NCBI GenBank assembly: GCA_048571215.1
Contig: CP182352.1
Coordinates: forward strand, 576,001 to 640,000
Direction: 5' to 3'
Length of the DNA: 64,000 nucleotides
DNA from: Halarcobacter sp.
Lineage (GTDB): Bacteria > Campylobacterota > Campylobacteria > Campylobacterales > Arcobacteraceae
Shown: one piece after another, positions 40,933 to 50,198 of the stretch
How the letters are laid out: every line of letters begins with the position of its first letter
Position numbering within the stretch: position 1 is the stretch's first letter
Made by a program: the position numbers and the translations under genes
The notes under the pieces: generated by a model
Database searches by the model: none
What the model was told of the DNA's origin: nothing
What the model saw: the letters and a program-made list of their open reading frames with translations, nothing else

Positions 40933-43041
40933 TTACCGTACCTTTACTCCTTGTATCGATGTTAACAATAAACCAATTGTTGTTCCATTATGTAAAAATG
41001 CAGTTGTTACTGGTGAAAATAAGCCAAATGTAGCACCTGCTAATATAGCAGAGTTTATTCCAACTGTTGCATTGAAATTGTTCTTGATTAGTTTCATAGT
41101 ATTATTTGCTAACTCTTTTGCATCTGCCACTGCATTTATATCATCTTTTAACAAACTAACATCTGCTGTTGCTTTTGCAATATCTGCACCTTTACTCATA
41201 GAGATACCAACATGTGCAGAGATTAAAGCGGGTGCATCGTTTATTCCATCTCCAACAAAAGCTACTTTTTTACCACTGTTCATTAAATCTTTTACAATTT
41301 GCGCTTTATCTTGAGGTAATAATTGGGCTTTCACTTCATCAATACCTAACTCTTGGGCAATCATTTTTGCTTTACTTTCTATATCACCTGTTAACATGAT
41401 GATATTTTTAACCCCAAGAGATTTTAATCTTTTTATTACATCTTTAGCATTAGGTCTTACTCTATCTGATAACTCAATTGTTCCTAGTAGTTTTCCATCA
41501 TAACCTATGTATAAAAGGGTTTTACCTTGTTCAAGAGATTCTTTAATTCTTTTTTTATGAGAAGAAAAATCTATTTTTTCATCATCTTCTAGAAAATGTC
41601 TACTTCCTATGATTACAGATTTCCCTCCCATTTGTGTTTTAACTCCATGGGCAACAATAAATTCAACCTCTTCATGGTGCATATGTACAAATCCATTATC
41701 TTTTGCTGCTTTTACTACAGCTTCTGCAACTGGATGAAAATAGTGTTCTTCTGTTGAAGCAGTTAAATTTAGGATCTCATCTTTTGTCCAATTTTTATCA
41801 TAAGATTGAACTTCAATAACTTCTAATTCACCAGAAGTTAGAGTTCCTGTTTTGTCAAATACAAAGGTATCAGCACTATTTAATGCTTCAATAGATTTTG
41901 CACCTTTTATCATTATCCCTTCATGTCCAGCTTTTGAAATAGTTGATTTAAATGCCACAGGAGTTGCAAGTTTTAATGCACATGAGTAGTCAGCTTGTAA
42001 AACAGAAGCTACCCGTTCCATATTCTTTGAAAGTACATAAGATATATCTGCGAGACCAAGTGTAACTGGTACAAGTTTATCTGCCAATCTTGTTGCTTTT
42101 AATTGAACTGATGATTTCTCATTTAAAGAGTTTTCAATATAGTGTTTTATTCTTTGTGTAGCAGTATTTGCACCTACATGTTCAGCCCAAATCCTAAGTC
42201 TTCCATCTTCTATAATAGTACCAGAGATTACTCTATCACCCCTTACTTTTAGAACTGGTTCAGCTTCACCTGTCATGGAAACTTGATTTACACTTGCACT
42301 ACCTTCTAAAATATGTCCATCAACTGGTATAGTATTACCAATACCAACCACAACAATATCTCCAATTTTTATATTTGCACTTTTTACTAAAGTTTCAGTT
42401 ACTTTCCCATCAACTTTAGTTTCTAACCAAGCTTCTTCAACATTTGGTTTAGATAACTCTTTTAATAAATCATCACTTTTATGTACAGTTGTTTCTTCTA
42501 TATATTCACCAAGCTCTAACATTACATTTGTAGAGTTAGCTGCAAAATAATCTTTTCTTAAAATAGAGATACCAACTGCAGCACTCTCTAAAACTTTTGA
42601 AGTTAGACCTTCATTATATAACTCTTTAGAACCTTCAATTACTAAAGGTATTGCCACACTAGATGTAACAGCTGCTTTTAGAAAATCATTTTTAATAAAT
42701 CTTTCTGAAACAAGTGCTGAACTGGCTCTTACTACACCCATAATACTAGGTTCTTCATCATTTACACAAGATACACAAACGGCAGCTTCTTTACAATTAC
42801 TTAAATAATCATCTCTAGTAGCATTAGATAACTTTTCTTCTATTAAATCTATTGTAGAAAAATCTTCAAGAATAAAAACTATACTATATGCTTTTTTATT
42901 TATTCTTACACTTTGAACACCATCTATTTGTTCAAAGTATATTTTTAAAATATTTGTATCAATAGATTTATCTTTTAATAAAGAATATTTATACCTAACT
43001 CTATTTTTTGTTTTGTGAACTTGTTTATAAGAATTACTCAT
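40933..43041 (-). CDS. fezB: P1B-6-type heavy-metal ATPase (FezB-like)
   Basis: N-terminal H...RVR motif, TGE, DYSCAL, DKTGTLT, HP, GDGINDAP, HNGTT. Confidence 0.8.
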   Translation of the reverse strand: MSNSYKQVHKTKNRVRYKYSLLKDKSIDTNILKIYFEQIDGVQSVRINKKAYSIVFILEDFSTIDLIEEKLSNATRDDYLSNCKEAAVCVSCVNDEEPSIMGVVRASSALVSERFIKNDFLKAAVTSSVAIPLVIEGSKELYNEGLTSKVLESAAVGISILRKDYFAANSTNVMLELGEYIEETTVHKSDDLLKELSKPNVEEAWLETKVDGKVTETLVKSANIKIGDIVVVGIGNTIPVDGHILEGSASVNQVSMTGEAEPVLKVRGDRVISGTIIEDGRLRIWAEHVGANTATQRIKHYIENSLNEKSSVQLKATRLADKLVPVTLGLADISYVLSKNMERVASVLQADYSCALKLATPVAFKSTISKAGHEGIMIKGAKSIEALNSADTFVFDKTGTLTSGELEVIEVQSYDKNWTKDEILNLTASTEEHYFHPVAEAVVKAAKDNGFVHMHHEEVEFIVAHGVKTQMGGKSVIIGSRHFLEDDEKIDFSSHKKRIKESLEQGKTLLYIGYDGKLLGTIELSDRVRPNAKDVIKRLKSLGVKNIIMLTGDIESKAKMIAQELGIDEVKAQLLPQDKAQIVKDLMNSGKKVAFVGDGINDAPALISAHVGISMSKGADIAKATADVSLLKDDINAVADAKELANNTMKLIKNNFNATVGINSAILAGATFGLFSPVTTAFLHNGTTIGLLLTSIQGVKVR

Positions 43042-43043
43042 GA

Positions 43044-43427
43044 TTATTGGTTATCTTGTGTTTCCATTTGTGCTTTTGCATCTTCATATCTCTCTTTCAA
43101 CTCTTCCATTCCCGCCTGAAAAAGTTCATTACCCTTTGAAAATGCCTTCATTATTGTTTGTTGAGCGTTTTTATTTGTAAGTAAATATGTTGCTGCTGCA
43201 CCAATTAGAGCACCTTTTATAAAATCTGCATTATTAAAAGTACTTTGATTGTTTTGTACAGGTTGATTATTAATCCCTTGGTTTATATATGGATTTTGTT
43301 GCATATTCATATTAGCAGCTGCATTTACTCTTGTACTTTCAATATTTGTATCATATGCAAATTGATTTTGTTGTACGCTATTTTGTGCATTTAAGCCATT
43401 AGGGCCCATATTTTTATTATTCATCAA
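43044..43427 (-). CDS. YtxH/FezA-like GxxxG small membrane protein with N/Q-rich N-terminus
   Basis: FIKGALIGAAATYLL followed by an amphipathic helix (ELKERYEDAKA). Confidence 0.72.
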   Translation of the reverse strand: MMNNKNMGPNGLNAQNSVQQNQFAYDTNIESTRVNAAANMNMQQNPYINQGINNQPVQNNQSTFNNADFIKGALIGAAATYLLTNKNAQQTIMKAFSKGNELFQAGMEELKERYEDAKAQMETQDNQ

Positions 43428-43794
43428 CTTTCTCCTCCTTGCCTTTGGTCTCTTTATTACAACAAGATGTTAAAGAATACTTTTCATCTAGTTTATCATC
43501 AAGTATCTCGATTGCATAAATACCAGCCATACCAATTGAAATAGTTGTCATGGCTTTAAGAAAACCACCTTTTTGTGTTAAGTAATTAGCAGTTTGGACA
43601 GCAGCACCAGTTGCAATGGCACCTTGAGAACTTCTTTTTACTGTTTCTTTTATAGCTAGTGTAGTACTAATCTCTTTATTTTTAACTTTTCTATAGTTTA
43701 CAGTACTAGATGCAATAGCTGAAGCTACTGCACCTGTTATAATACTTCTTAGTACTGGGTTGTCATTATTTGTAGTTGATATTGTATTTATCAT
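43417..43794 (-). CDS. Small Gly/Ala-rich membrane protein of the fez-like cluster
   Basis: GAVASAIA, GAIATGAA, IGMAGIY hydrophobic segments; co-operonic. Confidence 0.7.
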   Translation of the reverse strand: MINTISTTNNDNPVLRSIITGAVASAIASSTVNYRKVKNKEISTTLAIKETVKRSSQGAIATGAAVQTANYLTQKGGFLKAMTTISIGMAGIYAIEILDDKLDEKYSLTSCCNKETKGKEEKVDE

Positions 43795-44034
43795 TTATTT
43801 CCCTTTATCCTCAATTACTTCTTTTAAAGATTCTTCCTCTTTTTTCTTTTTAATACATTGTGCAGTTGCATTTATAGTATCTTTTACATCATCGACTTTT
43901 TCTTTCCCTTTTGATGCAATATCTTTTGACTTGTTAAAAAGTGAGTCAACTTTTTGTTTAATCTTATCAGACTTGTTGTATGCAAATACTGCACCAGCTC
44001 CTACAGCTAATCCTGCTATAAATGGTAAGGCCAT
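43795..44034 (-). CDS. Small GxxxG membrane protein (YtxH-like)
   Basis: MALPFIAGLAVGAGAV plus a charged helix; GAGGAG RBS. Confidence 0.72.
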   Translation of the reverse strand: MALPFIAGLAVGAGAVFAYNKSDKIKQKVDSLFNKSKDIASKGKEKVDDVKDTINATAQCIKKKKEEESLKEVIEDKGK

Positions 44035-44037
44035 AAT

Positions 44038-44709
44038 CTACTCCTCTTCTTTATTTATGTAGTTATTTAAAAGTGCTATTGCAGCAGCTCCAAGTGCCGC
44101 ACCACCAACCATTGAAATATTTAGTTTTGAAAATAGTTCAGTTAATTTTGACTGATCTACATTGCCACTTAACATATCATCTAAAATCATTTGATATTCA
44201 CCCATTTTTTCCATAATTTGATCTTGGTTAAAACCCTGGGTTGTATTTGCTACATTGTAATGATCTATTACACAATTTCTGAAAGCTGGAAGATGATTAT
44301 TATAAGAAGCAGCTTGCAATCTATAAAAAACATCTTTTATATCAGGTTCTTGAATATATGTTAATAGGTGATCATACATTGCAATATTTTTAATTTCACT
44401 TGCAACTCCTAATTCACAACATTCTATAAAGGTATCTGGAACCTGCAAGTTTGTTGACCAATTATTGAAAGGTATCTCAATCCCATATTTTTGAAATAAA
44501 GGAACAAGTAGGGCATAATGTCTTGCTTCTGATTCTTTGATATGTACAAATGGTTGTACAAAACCAAATTTTTCAATTATTTTTACATATGCCTCGTATG
44601 CTTTCATTTCATCATACATAGCTATTCTAAGAACTTGTGATAAAACAGCTTGTAGATCGTTTTCATCTACTTTTTGTGATAGTAGAATTGATTCATCATT
44701 ATTTATCAC
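44038..44709 (-). CDS. Ferritin-like domain protein with C-terminal GxxxG helix
   Basis: DE..A..Y, ESEARH, E..N..MY, ASYNNHL carboxylate/His motifs; VGGAALGAAA tail. Confidence 0.78.
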   Translation of the reverse strand: MINNDESILLSQKVDENDLQAVLSQVLRIAMYDEMKAYEAYVKIIEKFGFVQPFVHIKESEARHYALLVPLFQKYGIEIPFNNWSTNLQVPDTFIECCELGVASEIKNIAMYDHLLTYIQEPDIKDVFYRLQAASYNNHLPAFRNCVIDHYNVANTTQGFNQDQIMEKMGEYQMILDDMLSGNVDQSKLTELFSKLNISMVGGAALGAAAIALLNNYINKEEE

Positions 44710-45024
44710 CTATATAATCTCCTTTGACAAGTTATTTATAAGTAAGCTTATCTCTTCAATATTTTGCCCTTTTATTAAATCTTCCCATAAAGATGGTGTA
44801 AATATTTTAGAATCATAAAGGATGGTTACAGAAGCAATTATTTTATTTATCTTAATACTTTTTATTCCATTAATTCGTGAAGGTAAAGATTCAATATCAT
44901 CAATTGATACATTGTCACTCTCTTTTTGAATTTTTGGATTTACTCTTACTCTTATTCTTCCAGGGCTATGTGCTATTATTGTAAAATAACTTGCAATTTT
45001 TATTATCTGTTCTTCTGTAATCAA
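44710..45024 (-). CDS. HMA2-like domain protein (FezC-like)
   Basis: HSPGRIRVRV...GIKSIKIN....SVTILYD. Confidence 0.78.
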   Translation of the reverse strand: MITEEQIIKIASYFTIIAHSPGRIRVRVNPKIQKESDNVSIDDIESLPSRINGIKSIKINKIIASVTILYDSKIFTPSLWEDLIKGQNIEEISLLINNLSKEII

Positions 45025-45081
45025 AAATATCCTTTAATGTAATTTTTTCTATTTATAACTTTATGCAAACTTATTTTAGAC

Positions 45082-45096
45082 TCATAGTCATTATCA
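45082..45096 (-). promoter_or_regulatory. Fur-box-like site upstream of the fez-like operon
   Basis: Minus strand TGATAATGACTATGA (two mismatches to 7-1-7), overlapping the Fur gene stop codon. Confidence 0.5.
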
Positions 45097-45549
45097 GTTT
45101 TTTTGACACTCTTCACATAAACCATAAATAGACATAACATGATTTTTTAAAACAAAGCCATTTTTTTCGGCAATTTTTATCTGTTTTAGTTCAATAATAT
45201 CATCAGTAAATTCAATGATTTTATGACAAGAGGTACAAATAAGATGATCATGGTGGTGATCAAGATTTAGCTCAAACCTTCTAGTGCCATCACCAACATC
45301 TAAAGCCTCTACAATATTCATCTCTTCAAAGAAATTTATGCTTCTATATACAGTTGCAATTCCAATATCTAAGTTGAATTCTTTGTGAACCTCAGATGCT
45401 ATCTCTTCAGCACTTAAATGTGTTTGACTAAAAAAAAGGATTTTAAGAATGTAATCTTTTTGAATAGAGTTTTTAAAACCAAGTTTTGAAATATGGGATT
45501 TAAAGTTTTTAAGGAATAGGTCATATCTTTTTTCTTGATTAGTTGACAT
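45094..45549 (-). CDS. Fur-family transcriptional regulator
   Basis: HLSAEE, GIATVYR, HHHDHLICTSC, GLCEEC. Confidence 0.93.
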   Translation of the reverse strand: MSTNQEKRYDLFLKNFKSHISKLGFKNSIQKDYILKILFFSQTHLSAEEIASEVHKEFNLDIGIATVYRSINFFEEMNIVEALDVGDGTRRFELNLDHHHDHLICTSCHKIIEFTDDIIELKQIKIAEKNGFVLKNHVMSIYGLCEECQKN

Positions 45550-45749
45550 TTAATTATTCCCTATAAAAATTACTACTAATGAGATTAATAGCGTTGTTGC
45601 ATAAACTATGGGTAAGTTTTTATTTATTCGCATATTTCTTTTGAAAAAAATTGATGAGTCAAAATTAGACGATTGTTTTTTTGTTTTCATTTTATTCCTT
45701 AATATCGATTATCAGAATTATACTCCTATTAAACTTAACATATTTTTAA

Positions 45750-45764
45750 TGATAATTATTATTG
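45750..45764. promoter_or_regulatory. Fur box
   Basis: TGATAATTATTATTG in the intergenic region between the Fur gene and the divergent ORF at 45832. Confidence 0.62.
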
Positions 45765-45831
45765 ATTTAATTTTTAACAAAGGAAAAATATTTTAATATT
45801 GTGATAATAGTTAAAAATAAAAGGTTCAAAC

Positions 45832-46209
45832 ATGTTATTAGCAATTGGAGAAACAACTAGTAAAATTGTATTTAGTACTTTATTAACAAAAGCAATAAAT
45901 AATTTGCTTACATCAAAAAATAAAGATAAATTAGAAAAAAAGAATTATTTACTTAGTTATAAAACAAAGTTATTAATTAAGTTATATGAAAAAATATCTT
46001 TATTGGATGATAACTTTTTATCATCTGATTTAGATGTAATTAAATCTATCATAAATAAAATATCTATAATTATAGAAGATAAAGATTTTAATGAAAAGTT
46101 AGATAATTATCTTTTTATTTTAGAAGAATCAGATAAAAATAAGTATGGTATAGATATGCAATTAATAAATAATGAAATGAAACAAGTTATAAAAAAGAAT
46201 ATTAAATAA
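45832..46209 (+). CDS. Hypothetical protein
   Basis: 125-aa ORF with AAGG RBS; no recognised motif. Confidence 0.55.
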   Translation: MLLAIGETTSKIVFSTLLTKAINNLLTSKNKDKLEKKNYLLSYKTKLLIKLYEKISLLDDNFLSSDLDVIKSIINKISIIIEDKDFNEKLDNYLFILEESDKNKYGIDMQLINNEMKQVIKKNIK

Positions 46210-46223
46210 ACCTAATATTCTTT

Positions 46224-46775
46224 TTATAAAATAGTATGTTCAATTAGTATTTTAAGACCAATACCTATAAGTACAATACCACCAATCTTTTCAGCTTTAT
46301 CTTCTAAAAAAGATCCACCTTTTGTCCCTAAAAAAACTCCTAAAAAGCTGAATATAAAGGTGATTACTCCAATTAAAGTCATAGAGATAAATGGGTTTAA
46401 ATCCATTAATGTAAGAGTAAATCCAGCAGCCATAGCATCTATACTTGTTGCAATAGCTAAAACCAAAAGTATTTTATTTGTAACTTGTGATATCTCATCT
46501 TCTGTATTTTCTTGAAAACTTTCATAAAACATCTTAGCACCAATTAAAGCTAGTAAAATAAAGGCAATCCAATGATCTATTGATTGGATAAAACTTCCCA
46601 CTCCAACACTTGCAAGGTATCCAAAAAATGGCATTAATGCTTGAAATACACCAAAAAATAGTGCAACTTTAAAAGCTAAATAGATATCAAATTTTTTTGT
46701 TTTTACACCTATTCCTATTGAAACAGCAAATGCATCCATACTAAGTGCAAGTGCTAAAAAAATAACTTCTATCAA
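46224..46775 (-). CDS. mntP: Manganese efflux pump MntP
   Basis: ALSMDAFAVS, FQALMP, ATSIDAMAAG, GG.VLIGIG.KI. Confidence 0.93.
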   Translation of the reverse strand: MIEVIFLALALSMDAFAVSIGIGVKTKKFDIYLAFKVALFFGVFQALMPFFGYLASVGVGSFIQSIDHWIAFILLALIGAKMFYESFQENTEDEISQVTNKILLVLAIATSIDAMAAGFTLTLMDLNPFISMTLIGVITFIFSFLGVFLGTKGGSFLEDKAEKIGGIVLIGIGLKILIEHTIL

Positions 46776-46864
46776 TAAAACTCCTTAAAAATTGAATAAT
46801 ATCATATAAAATTTATCAAGAAGTTAAAATTTAATTAGCAATTAAAAAAGTTTTTATAAATTTA

Positions 46865-47662
46865 CTAATTAAATGCTGACATTACAATACCTCCATCAAC
46901 TCTTAGCATAGCGCCATTTGTAGTACTTGATAAACCACTTGCTGCATAAACAATCATATTTGCAGTTTCTTCAACTTCTGCAAATCTTTTTATAAGTGAA
47001 CTAGGTCTGTGTACTTCAAAAAACTCTTTTTCTATCTCTTCAAAACTTTTATTCTCTTTTTTTGCTAATTCATCTAAGAATTTCATTACACCTTCTGATT
47101 TTGAAGGTCCTACTATAATAGAGTTTGAAGTAACTGCTGTACCTTCTGTAAGTTGAGCAATTCCCCTTGCAACTGAGACTTGGGCAGTTTTTGTCATCCC
47201 ATAGTGTATCATCTCTTTTGGAATATTTAGTGCTGATTCACTAGAAATAAAGATAATTCTTCCCCAGTTTTGTTCCACCATTTTAGATAAATAGTGTTGA
47301 GATAATCTTACTCCACTCATCACATTTACATTAAACATATGTAACCAATCTTGTTCTGTTAAGTCTTCAAAGTTTTTTGGTTCAAATATTCCTAAATTGT
47401 TTATTAAAATATCTATTTGTGGTATTTGAGAAATAAGATAATTACATCCCTCATTATCTTTTAAATCAGCTTTAACACCACTAATTTTTGCTTCTGGAAT
47501 CTGTTTTTTAATACTTAGTATTGCTTTTTGTAGTTTTTGTTCATCTCTACCATTTATAATAACTTCTGCACCCTCTTCACACAACTTTTTTGCAGTTGCT
47601 AGTCCTATTCCTTGTGTAGCGCCGGTGATAAGTGCAATCCTATTTTCTACTTTTAAATCCAT
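46865..47662 (-). CDS. SDR-family oxidoreductase
   Basis: TGATQGIG, NNLG, YGMTK, VDGG. Confidence 0.93.
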   Translation of the reverse strand: MDLKVENRIALITGATQGIGLATAKKLCEEGAEVIINGRDEQKLQKAILSIKKQIPEAKISGVKADLKDNEGCNYLISQIPQIDILINNLGIFEPKNFEDLTEQDWLHMFNVNVMSGVRLSQHYLSKMVEQNWGRIIFISSESALNIPKEMIHYGMTKTAQVSVARGIAQLTEGTAVTSNSIIVGPSKSEGVMKFLDELAKKENKSFEEIEKEFFEVHRPSSLIKRFAEVEETANMIVYAASGLSSTTNGAMLRVDGGIVMSAFN

Positions 47663-47683
47663 AATTACTCCTTATTTAGGAGA

Positions 47684-47717
47684 ATTATAGTTTTAAAAAA
47701 TCGTTAAATTATCGCAG
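47684..47717 (-). promoter_or_regulatory. Putative regulator site plus -10 box, SDR promoter
   Basis: Minus strand CTGCGATAATTTAACGA-N11-TATAAT. Confidence 0.65.
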
Positions 47718-47720
47718 AGC

Positions 47721-48479
47721 TTATATTATCTCTATTTTATATCCTGTATTATTTTGTGTAGTTATCAAATCCTTATGTAGCTTATTTCTAAGTCTAAAAA
47801 GTATTGACCTAAATGCTGCATAACCTGCTGGCTCATCTTGCCAAATAGCGTACTCTATTTGTTCTTGAGATATATTATATCCTGCACTATTACAAAGAAT
47901 TTTTATAATTTGAGTTTCTTTTTTAGTAAGTTTTACAGGCTCATCCCCATAATATAAGATTTCTGTTTCTTTATCAAAAAGATATCCATATTTTAACTTA
48001 ACAGTACGTGATTTTTGTTCCCTTACTAACTCTAATTGATGACTTAATGTTTTATTGATATTTTCTGTGGCATTTAGTTCATGATCTCTTTTTGTATCAT
48101 CTTTAGATTTTTCTAGGGCTATCTCAATTGCTGCATGGAGATGACTTTTTTTATATGGTTTTAAAATATATCCATATGCCAAGGTTTCAGAAGCTTTTTT
48201 TATAGTAGAGATTTCAGAATTAGCAGTTAAAAAAACAACTGGAACATTTGGTAATATATGTTTTAACTCTTTTGCTAACTCAATACCTGTTGTAGGACCC
48301 TTTAAATATATATCCATTAAAATCAAATCAGGTTTAATCCCTTTTTCAAGAAGTTTCATAGTTTTGCATTTATTTGGTGCTATACCACAAGGCTCATATC
48401 CTAGCTCTATTAATGTTTCTTTTAAATTCATAGCAATAATAGACTCATCTTCAACAATCAATATTTTTATTTTTTCCAT
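47721..48479 (-). CDS. Response regulator (receiver plus winged helix)
   Basis: VEDE, LMDIYL, FLTA, KP; C-terminal wHTH RLRNKL...GYKI. Confidence 0.92.
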   Translation of the reverse strand: MEKIKILIVEDESIIAMNLKETLIELGYEPCGIAPNKCKTMKLLEKGIKPDLILMDIYLKGPTTGIELAKELKHILPNVPVVFLTANSEISTIKKASETLAYGYILKPYKKSHLHAAIEIALEKSKDDTKRDHELNATENINKTLSHQLELVREQKSRTVKLKYGYLFDKETEILYYGDEPVKLTKKETQIIKILCNSAGYNISQEQIEYAIWQDEPAGYAAFRSILFRLRNKLHKDLITTQNNTGYKIEII

Positions 48480-49780
48480 TATTCCTCCCTTAGTGGGAAA
48501 AAGATATTACACTCTAATCCCTTATTATTTTTAAAATCTATTGTTCCATCTAATTGGTCTTCAACTATAGAATGGATTAGTTGCATCCCAATTGAATCAG
48601 TCTTATATAAGGATGTGATGTTTTTTAGTCCATCCCCATTATCTCTAATCTTTAAGTGAATCTCATCTTCTAATTTTTTTATATGGATACATAAAAGATT
48701 TTCTCTGTTTTCTTTAAAAGCATATTTTAATGCATTTACACAAAGCTCATGTAAAACCATACCTACTTGTATACACCTATTTGTAGAGAATATAAGTTGG
48801 TCTATATTTAAATCAACCTCCAAATAAGTTTTATTTGAAATATATAACTCTTTTATATCATCAATAAGCCTTTTTATATAATCTTCCAAATTTATATATG
48901 CAAGATTTTCCCCAAGATATAAAAACTCATGGACCAATGCCATGGTATTTATTCTACTTCTACTTTGTTTTAATATATATTTTACTTCATCATCTTGTAC
49001 TCTTCTATATTGCATAGTTAGTAAAGATGAAATTATCTCCATATTGTTTTTAACTCTATGATGAATCTCTTTTAATAATATCTCTTTTTCATCAACTGAT
49101 TTTTGTAGCTCTTGGTTCATATTTGTTATTTTATTTCTATATACAAATCTAGGAGTGATATCCCTACCAAAGGCACAAATATAATCTTGACCACCATAAA
49201 TAAATCCATGACCAGAAACCTCTATATTTATTATACTTCCATCTTTTTTTCTTTGGGTTGTTTCTAGTGTCCAGTTTTTTGTATTTTTTATTTCAAGCAT
49301 ACATTCTTGGGCACTATTTCTATCAAAATTTGGATCCATCTCTTCTAAAAACATATCAAGCATCTCATCTTTTGTATAACCCAACATATTGCAAGCGGCA
49401 TTGTTTATATATACAATTCTTGCATCCAAAGTAAACCAATATATTGCATCAACGGAGTTATCAAGGGCAAATTCATATGGCGCTAGTCTATCTTTATCTT
49501 TTCTTTTTAATTCCTTATATGCCTTGTCAATATTTCGTATAACTTTTTGCATATGGTTTATCATCAAATAAAGAATAATCCCTGTAGAAATTACAAATAA
49601 AATTGCAAAAGTCAAGGGTCCTTGTTGGGAAATACTATTGTGTTCAAAAATAATTGTTATAAGTTTATCAAAGAACATAGCCCCTAAAACACCAATGATG
49701 ATATATGTTAATGAAAATCTTCTGGCTAACTTATTTTTATTTAAAACTGTATTTTTAAAATTTTCAATTCTTTTTATCAT
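48479..49780 (-). CDS. Membrane PAS histidine kinase (HisKA_2 type)
   Basis: Two TM, PAS, EIHHRVKNN H-box, ELCVNALKYAF, DNGDG. Confidence 0.92.
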   Translation of the reverse strand: MIKRIENFKNTVLNKNKLARRFSLTYIIIGVLGAMFFDKLITIIFEHNSISQQGPLTFAILFVISTGIILYLMINHMQKVIRNIDKAYKELKRKDKDRLAPYEFALDNSVDAIYWFTLDARIVYINNAACNMLGYTKDEMLDMFLEEMDPNFDRNSAQECMLEIKNTKNWTLETTQRKKDGSIINIEVSGHGFIYGGQDYICAFGRDITPRFVYRNKITNMNQELQKSVDEKEILLKEIHHRVKNNMEIISSLLTMQYRRVQDDEVKYILKQSRSRINTMALVHEFLYLGENLAYINLEDYIKRLIDDIKELYISNKTYLEVDLNIDQLIFSTNRCIQVGMVLHELCVNALKYAFKENRENLLCIHIKKLEDEIHLKIRDNGDGLKNITSLYKTDSIGMQLIHSIVEDQLDGTIDFKNNKGLECNIFFPLREE

Positions 49781-49829
49781 TGTAAACCTTTTGAAAAATT
49801 ATAGCAAAAAATTTTTGTATAAAATAAAA

Positions 49830-49863
49830 CTGCGATAATTTAGCGATATTATTAATTTAAAGT
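49830..49863 (+). promoter_or_regulatory. Putative regulator site plus -10 box, phenol hydroxylase promoter
   Basis: CTGCGATAATTTAGCGA-N11-TAAAGT; 17/18 identical to the SDR site. Confidence 0.65.
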
Positions 49864-49926
49864 TCACTAGTCAAAGATGAATTATATGATTTATAAGACA
49901 TCTGAATACTAAAAAAAGGTTGTGAT

Positions 49927-50178
49927 ATGGGTGCAAGCACTTTACAAACCAAATTGGATAAGTATGTACATATAACAAATCAAACCCAAAAAGGTTTAAT
50001 TGAGTTTGATTTTTCAGTTGGCAATCCAACATTGTATGTAGAACTAGCCTTACCAGTAAAACAGTTTGAGGAGTTTTGTAAGAAAAATCAAGTGAAATTT
50101 CTCACAAAACAACAGCTAATTGATGTAGAAAACGACAAGTATAAATGGAAGTTTGGCGTAGTTGGAACATCAAAATAG
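49927..50178 (+). CDS. dmpK: Phenol hydroxylase assembly subunit (P0)
   Basis: KYV......GLIEFDFSVG.P.L.VEL.LP..QF..FC..NQV. Confidence 0.9.
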   Translation: MGASTLQTKLDKYVHITNQTQKGLIEFDFSVGNPTLYVELALPVKQFEEFCKKNQVKFLTKQQLIDVENDKYKWKFGVVGTSK

Positions 50179-50198
50179 ATTTAAACAGGAGAAGAAGA

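Noticed and set aside
45608..45796. 62-aa ORF upstream of the Fur gene
   Set aside because: Low-complexity and overlaps a Fur box/promoter region; no motif.
49781..49926. Sigma54 -24/-12 promoter for the phenol hydroxylase operon
   Set aside because: No TGGC-N8/9-TGC consensus visible in the intergenic region.
50145..50198. N-terminal extension of DmpL in the ORF track
   Set aside because: Overlaps dmpK; the RBS and family N-terminus fit the ATG at 50199.
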